A stretch of 64,000 bases of DNA, taken from contig OZ242221.1 in the NCBI GenBank assembly GCA_965206845.1, positions 160,001-224,000 on the forward strand. The letters are read 5' to 3'. Position 1 is the stretch's first letter, and each line of letters opens with the position of its first letter. Under the pieces are notes generated by a model that was not told where the DNA came from, did not search any database, and saw only the letters and a program-made list of their open reading frames with translations. Below are positions 48,400 to 58,888 of this stretch, piece after piece. The position numbers were made by a program, and so were the translations under genes. The DNA comes from Cenarchaeum sp. (GTDB lineage: Archaea > Thermoproteota > Nitrososphaeria > Nitrososphaerales > Nitrosopumilaceae).

Positions 48400-49172
48400 T
48401 GCTCTCAGACACGTACACCATATTCTGGCGGGAGATGAAGCGCTACAGGAAATCCCGCAGCGGCATCCTCATACGGCTGATCCAGCCGGCGATCTGGATC
48501 ATTGTGGTCGGGAACATCTTTACAGAGACCCAGCCGCTGATCCAGTCCGTGGGATTTGATGGGGAGTACATCGAGTTCATGGCGCCCGGCGTAATCATAC
48601 TCACGGCAATATTTACCAGCATCTTCGGCGGCGTCAACACGCTGTGGGACCGGCGGTACGGCTTTATGAACAAGACCCTGACATCGCCCATCTCGAGATC
48701 CTCCATTGCCATAGGCAAGATGCTTGCCATATCCATGATATCGGCACTGCAGGCAAGCCTGATAATCGGGATCGCCATGGTCATAGGCGTCAGCTTCTCC
48801 AACCTGCTGGTCATCATACCCATCATGGCCATAGTGATCCTGTTCTCCCTGGGCTTTGCTGGAATCTCGGTCACGGTGGCTGCGGTTACAAAGTCCCAGG
48901 AGACGTTCTGGGGAACCATCAACTTTCTTGGCATGCCTCTCTTCATGCTCAGCCCGGCCCTCTTCCCGCTGGAGCTGCTGCCTGAGTGGCTTGCCGTCGC
49001 GGCAAGGATGAACCCGGTGACGTACACGGTCCTGCTGGTCCGGGGCCTGATGACTGACGTGACCGGGGACATCCCCGTGGCGCTCAGCCTGGGAGTCATA
49101 TCGGCGTTTGTCGTATCCATGACGCTCATAGCAGGCTATGTATTCACCCGCGAGGTGAACAAGCCGTTCTAG
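48396..49172 (+). CDS. ABC-2 type permease
   Basis: 6 TM segments, FMAPG, DRRYG, NPVTY; ATG overlaps the upstream stop. Confidence 0.93.
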   Translation: MMLSDTYTIFWREMKRYRKSRSGILIRLIQPAIWIIVVGNIFTETQPLIQSVGFDGEYIEFMAPGVIILTAIFTSIFGGVNTLWDRRYGFMNKTLTSPISRSSIAIGKMLAISMISALQASLIIGIAMVIGVSFSNLLVIIPIMAIVILFSLGFAGISVTVAAVTKSQETFWGTINFLGMPLFMLSPALFPLELLPEWLAVAARMNPVTYTVLLVRGLMTDVTGDIPVALSLGVISAFVVSMTLIAGYVFTREVNKPF

Positions 49173-49300
49173 GAGGGCCGCCCTGCGGACGCGGGCCCCG
49201 GCAGTGCCGTGGGCCTGCCCCTGACGCATGAGGCGCGCGATAGCCGTTACGACTCATGCCTGCTGCGGATCTGTATACGATCCGGCGCGGCCGCCGGGGG

Positions 49301-49317
49301 TTTAAAAATAAAAAAAG
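49301..49317 (-). terminator. Oligo-T terminator of pstS
   Basis: Minus strand reads TTTTTTTATTTTT right after the pstS stop. Confidence 0.5.
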
Positions 49318-49319
49318 AT

Positions 49320-50588
49320 TCAGGATACCGGGATGACGCCTTGGCTTATCAGGTACTGCAGCGCGCCTATGAGTTCCTTATCGGATATTATGCCGTCCAC
49401 ATAGAACTGGAAGAGCTGCTTTATCCAAGCGGGAATCAGTTCTGGCTCCTCCTCGGGCTCTTCTGCGGCCGGGACATACTCCCAGACGGTGGTGCCGTCA
49501 TACGTGACGCTTCCGAGTCCCCGCTTTCCAAGCTCCACTACCTCGTCGGGAAGCGGAATAAACCCAAGCCCTGCCGAGTACTGCTGGCCTTCTGTGATCA
49601 TCCAGTCAAGCATCCATACCAGGCCCCTCGCCTCATCCAGGCTGTCAGTTACCCCGGTGACATCCTCGTAGACCAGAAGGTACGTGAAGGTGGCAATCGG
49701 GTAGGAGCTCTCGCCTGGTGCGTTGAGCAGGTCAACATCGGACCACACGCCCTGCGCCTCGGGCAGCTGGGCCTTGGCCAGCTCGCCTGCGGCGTCTGCG
49801 GTGGACTCTAGTGACGGGTAGACGAAGCCCGTCTGGTCGCCGTTCTCCACTGCCACGCTCTTGATGTCGTTCTGGATTGTGTATGCAATGGAGACGTATC
49901 CGATGGAGCCCTCCGTAGACAGCAGAATTCCTGCCACGCCCTCGTTTCCTGGTGAGCCTACGCCAACAGGCCAGCCTACGCTCTTTCCGCTGCCGACATT
50001 CTCATACCAGGACGGGCTTACCTCTGACATCCACTGCGTGAACACCTTGGTGGTGCCAGAGCCGTCGGATCGGTGCACCACTGTGATGTCTTCTGACGGC
50101 AGGTCTGTTCCGGGATTGTCTGCTGCGATGGCGGGATCATCCCATTTGGTGATCTTACCCTCAAAGATGTCTGCTGCCACTTGTCCCTTGAGCTTGAGGC
50201 CGTCGGGGATGCCTTCTGCATTATACACTATGTTGACTGCGCCTATCGCCTCGGGAATGTGGAGTGTGGGTTGGACTGCCACCACCTCCCTCGCGGTCAG
50301 CGGGGCGTCAGTGGCCGCAAACGCGACTAGCTCGCTTATGTGCTGCCTGACGCCGCCGCCGCTTCCTATGGAGTTATAGTTGACGTTAAAGTTGCTGTAG
50401 GCATCTGTGATCTTTACCCTCCACAGGTCTATCAGCGGGAACGGAAACGACGCGCCTACGCCGACGATGTTGTACGACACGTCATCGGACGGAGCCGGTG
50501 GGGAGGATGTCTGCGCGTCCGCATACAGGGGCGGGACGACAGATGTCAGCATGATTGCAATTAGCATTATAGAAGTTGCTGTCTTCAT
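49320..50588 (-). CDS. pstS: Phosphate-binding protein PstS with a C-terminal IPAWIK module
   Basis: GASFP.P, GSGGG, HRSDGSGTT, GNEGVA, YPIATFTY. Confidence 0.95.
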   Translation of the reverse strand: MKTATSIMLIAIMLTSVVPPLYADAQTSSPPAPSDDVSYNIVGVGASFPFPLIDLWRVKITDAYSNFNVNYNSIGSGGGVRQHISELVAFAATDAPLTAREVVAVQPTLHIPEAIGAVNIVYNAEGIPDGLKLKGQVAADIFEGKITKWDDPAIAADNPGTDLPSEDITVVHRSDGSGTTKVFTQWMSEVSPSWYENVGSGKSVGWPVGVGSPGNEGVAGILLSTEGSIGYVSIAYTIQNDIKSVAVENGDQTGFVYPSLESTADAAGELAKAQLPEAQGVWSDVDLLNAPGESSYPIATFTYLLVYEDVTGVTDSLDEARGLVWMLDWMITEGQQYSAGLGFIPLPDEVVELGKRGLGSVTYDGTTVWEYVPAAEEPEEEPELIPAWIKQLFQFYVDGIISDKELIGALQYLISQGVIPVS

Positions 50589-50769
50589 TGATAACCCAAG
50601 CCGTGGACGCTATTTACAGATGGCAGGGATAGATTACGTACGTTGCATACCGATCTATGTCCTATATAGTAAACACAGCACACACTGCTCGCATCACCGG
50701 TAGCAGGCCTGGCATGCGATGCCCGCGTGTGCGCCTCCACATCACTGGTGAGGAATCCAGACGATCTGA

Positions 50770-51702
50770 TCAGGCCCGGCCGCGTACCGCACGGCCTGTC
50801 ATGATCGCGTCATGTGGGGCGCCACCGCTTGGCGCGTCGTAGTTTATTGCAACTATCTCGCTGCTCGCACTCTGGGTAAAATACTGCAGCGAGCGTCTCA
50901 GCGACACCCTGAACACGCTGTACTCAGAGGACAGCATGAGGCGGTCAGGCTCGTTCTGCTCAGATATCATAACCATGTTTGAGCCCTGTACCTGTCTCAC
51001 AAATCTGACAAACGCGTCAGGAGACACCGTCGCGTTGTAGTGCCCGTTGGGGTTGTTCATGTAGGGGGGATCCAGGTAGACAAACCCGTCCCTCACATCG
51101 GCATAATGCGCAAAATCCTCTTCTGCTACTGTGAGGTTCCGGACCGTGTTGCTAAGATCCAGCAGCGCCTCCAAGCCCACCCTAGGGCATCTTGCGCCCT
51201 TCCGCATGGGGGCGTTGAACTCGTTCCTTGAGTTGAACCTGATCTTGCCGGAGAACGCGTTCTTGGCCAGGTAGAAGAACCTCCCAGCTCCGGCAACACC
51301 GTCCTGCAGATCCATTCTCCTTACCCCGAGATAGTAGTCGGGATCCGATCTTCTGTAGTGCCCCTGGTACTCCTCGTACAGCTCGTTTGGATGGCGCCTG
51401 AGGGACTCCATAAGGTTGGTGATCGTGGGGTTGTGGTCGTTGTACACTACATTCTCCGATCCGAACCGGCGGCACGCATAAAACGCAAACCCGCCTCCCC
51501 CGCCAAAGACATCGTAGATCCTGCTCCCGTAGCGCTCTGGAATCAGCGAGTCAAATATGTGGGAGAATCCAGACTTGCAGCCTATGTACGGGATGAGCTT
51601 GAGGCCGCCTGCGCGCCTGTTTGTGACGGTAAACTCCCGCCCCATTACACGGGCCCCTGTCTTATCCATGGCCCGATCTCCGGCAGGTGCGCCCTTCACC
51701 AC
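50770..51702 (-). CDS. Orphan Dam-like (D12 class) N6-adenine DNA methyltransferase
   Basis: PYIGCKS (motif X), DVFGGGG (motif I), AGRFFYL...FSG..RFN....FNAP, YLDPPY (motif IV); start may be 51669. Confidence 0.9.
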   Translation of the reverse strand: MVKGAPAGDRAMDKTGARVMGREFTVTNRRAGGLKLIPYIGCKSGFSHIFDSLIPERYGSRIYDVFGGGGGFAFYACRRFGSENVVYNDHNPTITNLMESLRRHPNELYEEYQGHYRRSDPDYYLGVRRMDLQDGVAGAGRFFYLAKNAFSGKIRFNSRNEFNAPMRKGARCPRVGLEALLDLSNTVRNLTVAEEDFAHYADVRDGFVYLDPPYMNNPNGHYNATVSPDAFVRFVRQVQGSNMVMISEQNEPDRLMLSSEYSVFRVSLRRSLQYFTQSASSEIVAINYDAPSGGAPHDAIMTGRAVRGRA

Positions 51703-51917
51703 TCATGCGCCGCTGCCCCGTCCTGACACCATACCCGGGCGCCGTGTCTGCGGCGTCTCTCCGGATCCCGGCACCAATCTCCGGGCCTGTCCAAGAATCC
51801 GCTCCTGGCGACCAGCTGCTCTTTGCCATGCCGTAATCTCTGCCATCCCATCTATAAGGATCGCCTGTCGGGGCCGGCTGCACATACCCGTGTTCTAGAG
51901 GCTCCCCCATGGCCGGG

Positions 51918-52982
51918 CTACGCCTCTGTGATGACGCTTCGGATGTTCTTGTCCATGACGACCTCTGCGATGTCGCTGGAGTATTCAGCGGTGCGCCTGA
52001 TGCTGTCCAGCACGAACTTTACCACCAGGGAGTCTCCGTCGCCCTCCCCAAGGCCGGACATGATCTCCTCCTGCCTCCGGGTTGTCGCGGGAACGCAGTC
52101 CGCCACGTCCTCGGCCATCTGGTAGTCGCACCTTACCAGTGACTCGACTGAGCGCTCAAAGAGCCCCAGCGAGTCCTCGCTGAGCTCGATGATCTCCCGC
52201 ATGACATCCCCGCTGACTGGCCCCCTGAGGTCTGCGACGCGCTTTGCAATCAGCACGGCGTGATCCGCAATCCGCTCAATCCGGGACACTGCCGTTCTGT
52301 ACACCAGGCAGTCTGACGGCCTCTTGAGTCCCAGATCGTGCAGCATGTTTGCACTCTGTACGGCTATCGTGAGATTCCTCAGCATGTACAGAGCGAACCG
52401 GTCGATCTCGTCGTCCATGCTTACCACCTCCTTGGCATGTCCGCTGTTGCAGGCGGCAAGGGCACCCATGGCCTCCCGGTGCATATTGGTGGTCATAAGA
52501 CGCATCCTCTTCAGGGCAACGCCGAATGTGAGCTCTGGCAGCCTGGTCAGGATCTGTATCGATATGGATCTCGAGTCGGACTCGACTATCTCGGTGCCGA
52601 TCATGGTGGAGCGAATCAGGCTCCGGATTGCGCCTGCCTGGATGCCCCTCAGCTCCATGCCCTTGGAGACTATCCTGATGGACTTGTATCCTGCCAGGTA
52701 GATCGCGATGATCTTTCTCCGGACTGACTCGTCGGAGCTTCCAGGGCTGATCTCGACTATGGCGCATTCGGCCTCTTGGGCCATACCCTCGTCAGGCATG
52801 AATGTGAGTGACTTGTTGGCGTTTCTCATGATTAGAACGCCGTCGCCCGCCTTCAGGCGCATGCCCTCCACCCACGCCTTGGGAAGGGAGATCACAAAGG
52901 TGGAGCCCCCGCTCACCTGCAGCCGTCTTGTCTGCATGCTGATCTCCGGGGACATCATATGCCCTATCTGCCGCATGCTCAT
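51918..52982 (-). CDS. AbrB-PhoU phosphate uptake regulator
   Basis: RRLQVSGGSTFVISLPKAW (AbrB) plus PhoU repeats (DDEIDRF, IERIADHA, RRTAEYS.DIAE). Confidence 0.92.
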   Translation of the reverse strand: MSMRQIGHMMSPEISMQTRRLQVSGGSTFVISLPKAWVEGMRLKAGDGVLIMRNANKSLTFMPDEGMAQEAECAIVEISPGSSDESVRRKIIAIYLAGYKSIRIVSKGMELRGIQAGAIRSLIRSTMIGTEIVESDSRSISIQILTRLPELTFGVALKRMRLMTTNMHREAMGALAACNSGHAKEVVSMDDEIDRFALYMLRNLTIAVQSANMLHDLGLKRPSDCLVYRTAVSRIERIADHAVLIAKRVADLRGPVSGDVMREIIELSEDSLGLFERSVESLVRCDYQMAEDVADCVPATTRRQEEIMSGLGEGDGDSLVVKFVLDSIRRTAEYSSDIAEVVMDKNIRSVITEA

Positions 52983-53085
52983 GATATTACCGGATACTCA
53001 ATACTCTATATAGCGATAAACGGGGTATATGCCCATCGGAATCTATGATCAGTCCCCACATAAGGCGACGGCAATTTCATAAGCT

Positions 53086-54069
53086 GTGAGCAGTTGGCGC
53101 CTGAGTGGAAGGATATCAAAGGACGGAACTGCGCCGCTGTCTGACAAGATCTTCCGGTTCGGCGCCACCATTGCGGGAGTATACGTCCTTGCCATCATAG
53201 TGATCATGGTGATACAGCTGGGCATCGAGTCCGGGCCAATCTGGGAAGAGAGCGGCCTGGGATTCATCATCAGCACGGACTGGAACCCGGCGGAGGGCAG
53301 GGAGTCCTTTGGGGCCCTGCCGTACGTGCTGGGAACGCTGATCACGTCTGCCATTGCCATGGCCATAGCCGTGCCCCTGAGCATAGGGATTGCAATGTTT
53401 GTCATGATCGTGCCCAAAAGGATCGGCACCCCCATGGGATACATGATCGAGCTGCTAGAGGCGGTGCCCAGCGTGGTGTACGGCCTCTGGGGCCTGTTCG
53501 TCTTCAGGATATACTTTCGGGACTGGCTGGAGCGGCCCCTGCATGATGCCTTTGGAGACTCGATATTCCTGTTCTCCGGAACCCCGTTCGGCCTGGACGT
53601 CCTCTCGGCCAGCGTGATCCTCTCAATTATGATCATCCCCACAATATCCGCAGTCTCTCGGGAGGTCATGATGGCCGTGCCCCACCAGCAGAAGGAGGCC
53701 GCGTACATGCTCGGCTCCACCACCTGGGAGATGTTCCGGCTGTCCGTGTTTCCCTACTCCAAGGCGGGCCTCATAGGGGCATCGGTCATGGGACTGGGCC
53801 GGGCAATAGGGGAGACCATGGCAGTAACCATGCTCATCGGAAATGCCGTGGGCGCATCTGCCATACCACAGTCGTTCTTTCATCCCAGCCAGACGATGAC
53901 CAGCGTCATTGCAAACGAGTTCATCGAGGCCTCGCCCGTATCGCTGCATGTTCCGGCTCTGATCGGAGTGGGCATGGTGCTGCTGCTGGTCGCGCTGGCA
54001 GTAAACGTGCTGGCCCACTATATCGTCACAAGGATGCTCAAGGTAAGGGGGGAGATCATAAAGAATTGA
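53086..54069 (+). CDS. pstC: Phosphate ABC permease
   Basis: WNP...FGALP..GT, AVPSVVYGLWG, GLGRAIGETMAV. Confidence 0.95.
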   Translation: MSSWRLSGRISKDGTAPLSDKIFRFGATIAGVYVLAIIVIMVIQLGIESGPIWEESGLGFIISTDWNPAEGRESFGALPYVLGTLITSAIAMAIAVPLSIGIAMFVMIVPKRIGTPMGYMIELLEAVPSVVYGLWGLFVFRIYFRDWLERPLHDAFGDSIFLFSGTPFGLDVLSASVILSIMIIPTISAVSREVMMAVPHQQKEAAYMLGSTTWEMFRLSVFPYSKAGLIGASVMGLGRAIGETMAVTMLIGNAVGASAIPQSFFHPSQTMTSVIANEFIEASPVSLHVPALIGVGMVLLLVALAVNVLAHYIVTRMLKVRGEIIKN

Positions 54070-54995
54070 ATCCCGCAGAACGGAACCGGCGGCGCGGGGA
54101 GATCCGGGCCATGTTCAGGTCAAACGTCGCAGGCAGGCTCCTAAAGGACAAGATCATGATCGGCGCCATAACCGCTAGCGCCGTACTGGCCATAGTGCCG
54201 CTGGTCTGGATTCTGGCACAGCTGGTGGTGGGGGGAGCGCCGGCCCTGAGCTGGGAGTTTATCACCGGGACGCCGGGCGCCGTCGGCGCCGGAACGATCA
54301 ACGTGGGACCTGCCATCCAGGGCACGCTGATCATAATCGGGCTGTCGTCGGCCATCGGAATACCCATCGGGGTAATGACAGGAATCTACCTCTCGGAGGT
54401 GAGCGACAGCAGGGTGGCAAAGCAGATACGGTTCTTTCTGGATGTGTTCATGCAGGTCCCGTCCATAGTGCTGGGACTGTTTGCGTTTCTGGCAATAGTG
54501 CTCATACTGGGACACTTTTCCATCTGGGCCGGCGCCTTTGCACTCTCCCTCATCATGTTTCCGATAGTGGCCAGATCCGCCGAGGAGCAGCTGAAGATGG
54601 TTCCCTGGACATACAGGGAGGCAGGAACGGCGCTGGGCCTCAAAAAGGCAACCATAACCATCAGGATAGTGGTCGCCGCCGCCAAGAAGAGGATGCTGAC
54701 CGGAATTCTTTTGTCGGTATCCAGGATAGGCGGAGAGAGCGCCCCGCTCATCATGACCATCCTGGGCAGCAGCCAGTTCTTTCAGGGCCTTGATGCCCCA
54801 ATGGACGCGCTACCCCTGAGAATCTGGAGGTTCTCGCTACTTCCCTACGAGGACGCAAGGCTTGCCGGCTGGGGGGCGGCCCTCGTCCTGGTGATCATAA
54901 TACTGCTGATTCACGTAGGCGTCCGATACTGGTTCCAAGGGAGGAGCAAAGGTTTAATTCAATCGGACAGGCCTAGAGGGGTAAAAGGGACATGA
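54066..54995 (+). CDS. pstA: Phosphate ABC permease
   Basis: [24 protein letters not shown]. Confidence 0.95.
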   Translation: MNPAERNRRRGEIRAMFRSNVAGRLLKDKIMIGAITASAVLAIVPLVWILAQLVVGGAPALSWEFITGTPGAVGAGTINVGPAIQGTLIIIGLSSAIGIPIGVMTGIYLSEVSDSRVAKQIRFFLDVFMQVPSIVLGLFAFLAIVLILGHFSIWAGAFALSLIMFPIVARSAEEQLKMVPWTYREAGTALGLKKATITIRIVVAAAKKRMLTGILLSVSRIGGESAPLIMTILGSSQFFQGLDAPMDALPLRIWRFSLLPYEDARLAGWGAALVLVIIILLIHVGVRYWFQGRSKGLIQSDRPRGVKGT

Positions 54996-55819
54996 CCGCG
55001 CTAGCTATACAGGACGGGCCAGGTACCGTAAAGATGGCAAGCCCCACCAAGATGTCCAAGATCCGCTACAAGATGATCGCCGAGAATGTCAGCGTCCACT
55101 ACGGCGAGAGCATGGCAGTCAGAGACGTCACGCTAAGGTTTCCGGAGAACTCGGTTACCGCACTGATCGGACCATCCGGCTGCGGCAAGACAACATTTCT
55201 CCGGTGCCTCAACAGGATGCACGACATGACGCCGGGATCCCGCGTGGATGGAAAGGTCACGATAGACGATACGAACCTGTACGACAAGAGTGTGGATCCC
55301 ATATACCACAGGAGAAAGGTCGGCATGGTGTTTCAAAAGCCCAACCCGTTTCCGACGATGTCCATATACGACAATGTGGTAGCAGGCGTAAGGCTGAACG
55401 GCGTCAGGAACCGCTCCGTGCTAGACGAGATCGTGGAGGACTGCCTCAAGATGGCTTACCTGTGGGACGAGGTAAAGGACAACCTAAAGAAGCCCGCCAT
55501 AGAGCTCTCAGGGGGCCAGCAGCAGAGGCTGTGCATAGCCAGGGCGCTGGCAATCCAGCCAGAGGTGCTGCTCATGGACGAGCCCGCATCGGCGCTGGAT
55601 CCAATCGCGACCCAGAAGATCGAGGAGACGATCACCGAGCTCTCCAAGGAGTACTGCATCATCATAGTCACCCACAACATGCAGCAGGCCATAAGGTGTT
55701 CAGACTATACGGCATTCATGTACCTGGGCGATCTGATCGAGTACGGCACCACAGAGCAGATCTTCCACAATCCCAAGGACGAGCTGACGGCCAAGTACGT
55801 CGAAGGCCAGTTCGGATGA
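54992..55819 (+). CDS. pstB: Phosphate ABC ATPase
   Basis: [39 protein letters not shown]. Confidence 0.97.
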   Translation: MTALAIQDGPGTVKMASPTKMSKIRYKMIAENVSVHYGESMAVRDVTLRFPENSVTALIGPSGCGKTTFLRCLNRMHDMTPGSRVDGKVTIDDTNLYDKSVDPIYHRRKVGMVFQKPNPFPTMSIYDNVVAGVRLNGVRNRSVLDEIVEDCLKMAYLWDEVKDNLKKPAIELSGGQQQRLCIARALAIQPEVLLMDEPASALDPIATQKIEETITELSKEYCIIIVTHNMQQAIRCSDYTAFMYLGDLIEYGTTEQIFHNPKDELTAKYVEGQFG

Positions 55820-56140
55820 GCCCGTAGCACACACAGGCATCCCAGCCCCCGCGTCCTGGACGGCGCATCACTTTGCGTCCACCAGATACTGCGCCTGGCA
55901 GAGCAGGGTTCTGTTCATCCACCTGTTCCCCCAACGCGGAACCGCAGGATGCCGTCTTTTGCAGGGTGCGTCCCAGGCAGTGTCACTGCCGGTACGCGGG
56001 GCGCCTGCCGCGCCGGGCTAGGCGCAAAGACCCGCCCGGATGCGTGTTTTGGCGCACAGATGTGGTCGGGTGGAGCACGGCCACGCACACACCCCGGAAT
56101 AAAACTCTAAAGTACTGTGTGGTGGTAACATGTATGGCGT

Positions 56141-56767
56141 ATGACCAGAATGATGGATCCCAGCATAATGCAGCTGTCCCAGCTGCTCTCCGAGATGGGG
56201 AACATGGCCATCAAGAGCGTCCAGATGGCGGTATCGTCCTACCTGCGCGGCGAGAACACTGCAAAAAAGGTAAAGAAGCTGTCAGACGGCATCACCAAGA
56301 CATACAACCAAGTGGGCGACCTCACGTTTGAGATCATGTTCAAGTACCAGCCAGTGGCGTCTGACTTTCGCTTTATCAGATCCGCCATTGAGATCTCCCA
56401 CGCATACCACCGGTTCGGAAGATACGCCTATGACATATCACAGGTGCGCGACAAGTTCGGGGACATCTCGCACTGCAAGACCGAGTGGCTCTCGGGAGCG
56501 TCGGCTGAGATCCTTCAGATGACCAAGAGCGCCACGGAGTCATTTGCGACCCTGGACGTCAAAAAGGCGCAGCGCATACAGGAGAACGAAGACTATGTGG
56601 ACAAGCTGTACCGCGGAAGGATTCCCATGCTGATCCTTCATCACGATACCAAGTGCGCGCTCGCCGAGGCCCTGCTGCTCCGATACCTTGAGAGGATAGG
56701 CGATCACGCCGTGTTCATGAGCAGGGCCGTAATATACATAGTAACGGGGCGGCACGAGACGGGATAA
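56141..56767 (+). CDS. phoU: PhoU-family protein
   Basis: YQPVASDFR, LERIGDHA. Confidence 0.92.
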   Translation: MTRMMDPSIMQLSQLLSEMGNMAIKSVQMAVSSYLRGENTAKKVKKLSDGITKTYNQVGDLTFEIMFKYQPVASDFRFIRSAIEISHAYHRFGRYAYDISQVRDKFGDISHCKTEWLSGASAEILQMTKSATESFATLDVKKAQRIQENEDYVDKLYRGRIPMLILHHDTKCALAEALLLRYLERIGDHAVFMSRAVIYIVTGRHETG

Positions 56768-56769
56768 CC

Positions 56770-57270
56770 ATGTACGTCTACATACTCCGGCACGGCAAGG
56801 CGCAGGATCACAATCACACGACGGGGGATTTTAAGAGAAACCTGACGGTCGCGGGAAGCGCAGAAGTGGAGCAGATCGGCACATCCATGAAGAACCTCGG
56901 CCTGTCCTTTGACACCATAGCGACCAGCCCGCTGAACCGTGCCAAGCAGACGGCACAGATAGTGGCAAAAAGGATCGGCGCCGCAAAGCCGGTAGAGTGG
57001 GATGAGTTGAAGCCCGAGGCAGATCTGGCGTCCCTGTACGGGAAGCTGTACGCCCTCGGGGTCGGCTCCAGGGTGTTGCTGGTGGGCCACGAGCCCCACC
57101 TGTCCTGCCTCATCGCGGACGTGATGACCGGGGGGCAGGACGTCGGCTGCGGCCTGGTTCTAAGAAAGCCCGGTCTTGCCAGGCTTGCCATCAGTACCCT
57201 CATGCCGGATCAGCTCTCCGGGAACCTGGATCTGCTACTCACACCGAAGATTCTCAGAAGACTCTCCTGA
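56770..57270 (+). CDS. sixA: Phosphohistidine phosphatase
   Basis: LRHGKA, TSPLNRAKQTA, LVGHEP. Confidence 0.92.
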   Translation: MYVYILRHGKAQDHNHTTGDFKRNLTVAGSAEVEQIGTSMKNLGLSFDTIATSPLNRAKQTAQIVAKRIGAAKPVEWDELKPEADLASLYGKLYALGVGSRVLLVGHEPHLSCLIADVMTGGQDVGCGLVLRKPGLARLAISTLMPDQLSGNLDLLLTPKILRRLS

Positions 57271-57371
57271 CTGCCAAGCGATCCGTCGGATCACATGCCC
57301 GGCGCAGCTGGGGCGCGCCGCGGCAATAAATGTAGAATAAATAGCGCCAAAAGAACACCAAACTGGGAAGA

Positions 57372-58871
57372 ATGTATCCTACAGGCGCAGCGGTAATTGA
57401 TCTGGGATCAAATACTGCCAAGCTCGTAAACTACAGGATCGTCCGTGACGGCTCCTTTGAGCACTATCAGGACGAGAGTACCCACACAAGGCTGGGCGAG
57501 GGCCTGACCCAGACCGGTTTTCTTGGGGACGAGGCCATGGATCGGGCGATACCTGTCCTGAGGAGGTTCCGGGAGATCGTCGATCTGCAGTCCATCAGGC
57601 ACATACTCCCCGTTGCCACCAGCGCAGTAAGGGAGGCCGCAAACGGTGCAGAGTTTCTGCTGCGCGTGCGCCACGAGACCGGATTCAAGTTCAGGATCCT
57701 CACCATAAAGGAGGAGGCGCTGTACTCGTACTTTGGCGCTGCATGCTCGCTTAGGATTCCATCCATGCTGTTCTTTGATCTGGGCGGCGGGAGCCTGGAG
57801 ATCGTGCTTGCCCGGAACTTTGAGATAAAGAGGATCATGTCGCTGCCACTGGGGGCGCTGAGGCTGACACAGATGTATGCAGATGATCCGGACGGCTCGT
57901 TCTCGGTGGCGAGCGTCGAGAAGATGAAGGACTGGATCGCACACCTGATTCCGAGCAGGGACGAGCTTGACATGGATCCGGGAACGGTCATGGTGGGCGT
58001 GGGCGGAACGCTGCGCAACATAGTCAAGTTCCACCAGTCAGACACCGGCTACCCACTGACCAAGCTGCACAACTACTCGATGAGCGACGGCGCCATAGGC
58101 AAAATATCGAACATGCTCCAGGGAATGAAGCCCGGCAAGATTGCAAAGATCCAGAGCATCAACACCGGCAGGGCCGGGACCGTAACCGCTGGCGCGTGCG
58201 TCATTGACATGCTGATGAGGAGTCTGGAGTTTGGGCGCATTGCCCTAAGCGCGCATGCCCTGAGGGAGGGAACGCTTGGCGTATCGCTGGCGTTTGCAAA
58301 GTCCTACTCCGGCGGCCGGATCATCACCGAGGAGCAGATAGGGAGGGCCGTCCGCGCCGCATCTGCGCCGGATCCGCTGCCGGACTACCTGGGCACACTT
58401 TTGGGCATGCTGGAGGAGGACGGGAGGCTGGAGGAGAGCGGATCGCGCATACTCGCACACGCGCTGGCACACCTCCCCCCGACGTCCTCGTTCAGGAACC
58501 TTTCTGGCATGCTGCGCATGACCATGGATGTCGACAGCCACTTGAGCCACAGGGAGCAGATGATCTCCTCCCTGTCGGTAATCACATACAGAAAAAAGAG
58601 GGCAGCCGAGCAGGCGTCTAGCGGCTTTGAGGCCCTGCTGCGCCCCCGGGACAGAAAGACCGTCAAGAGGATCTCCTCCCTGCTTGCGCTCAAGGAGGTG
58701 CTTGACACGGCGGGAGCCGGCGTGTCGGTGCAGAGGGTCCCGGGCGGCATATCATTTGAGATCAGAACCACCGGCACCCTTCAGGAGATTCTGCTCAAGG
58801 GCGCCATCAAAAGGGTATCCGCAAGCTTCGGCATATCGGCCGGGTACCGGATTTCCGATCAGGCGCCATAG
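57372..58871 (+). CDS. ppx: Exopolyphosphatase (Ppx/GppA family)
   Basis: IDLGSN, ATSAVREA.N, DLGGGSLE, GVGGT, LREG. Confidence 0.92.
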   Translation: MYPTGAAVIDLGSNTAKLVNYRIVRDGSFEHYQDESTHTRLGEGLTQTGFLGDEAMDRAIPVLRRFREIVDLQSIRHILPVATSAVREAANGAEFLLRVRHETGFKFRILTIKEEALYSYFGAACSLRIPSMLFFDLGGGSLEIVLARNFEIKRIMSLPLGALRLTQMYADDPDGSFSVASVEKMKDWIAHLIPSRDELDMDPGTVMVGVGGTLRNIVKFHQSDTGYPLTKLHNYSMSDGAIGKISNMLQGMKPGKIAKIQSINTGRAGTVTAGACVIDMLMRSLEFGRIALSAHALREGTLGVSLAFAKSYSGGRIITEEQIGRAVRAASAPDPLPDYLGTLLGMLEEDGRLEESGSRILAHALAHLPPTSSFRNLSGMLRMTMDVDSHLSHREQMISSLSVITYRKKRAAEQASSGFEALLRPRDRKTVKRISSLLALKEVLDTAGAGVSVQRVPGGISFEIRTTGTLQEILLKGAIKRVSASFGISAGYRISDQAP

Positions 58872-58888
58872 CGTTTTGGCGTGCGCGC

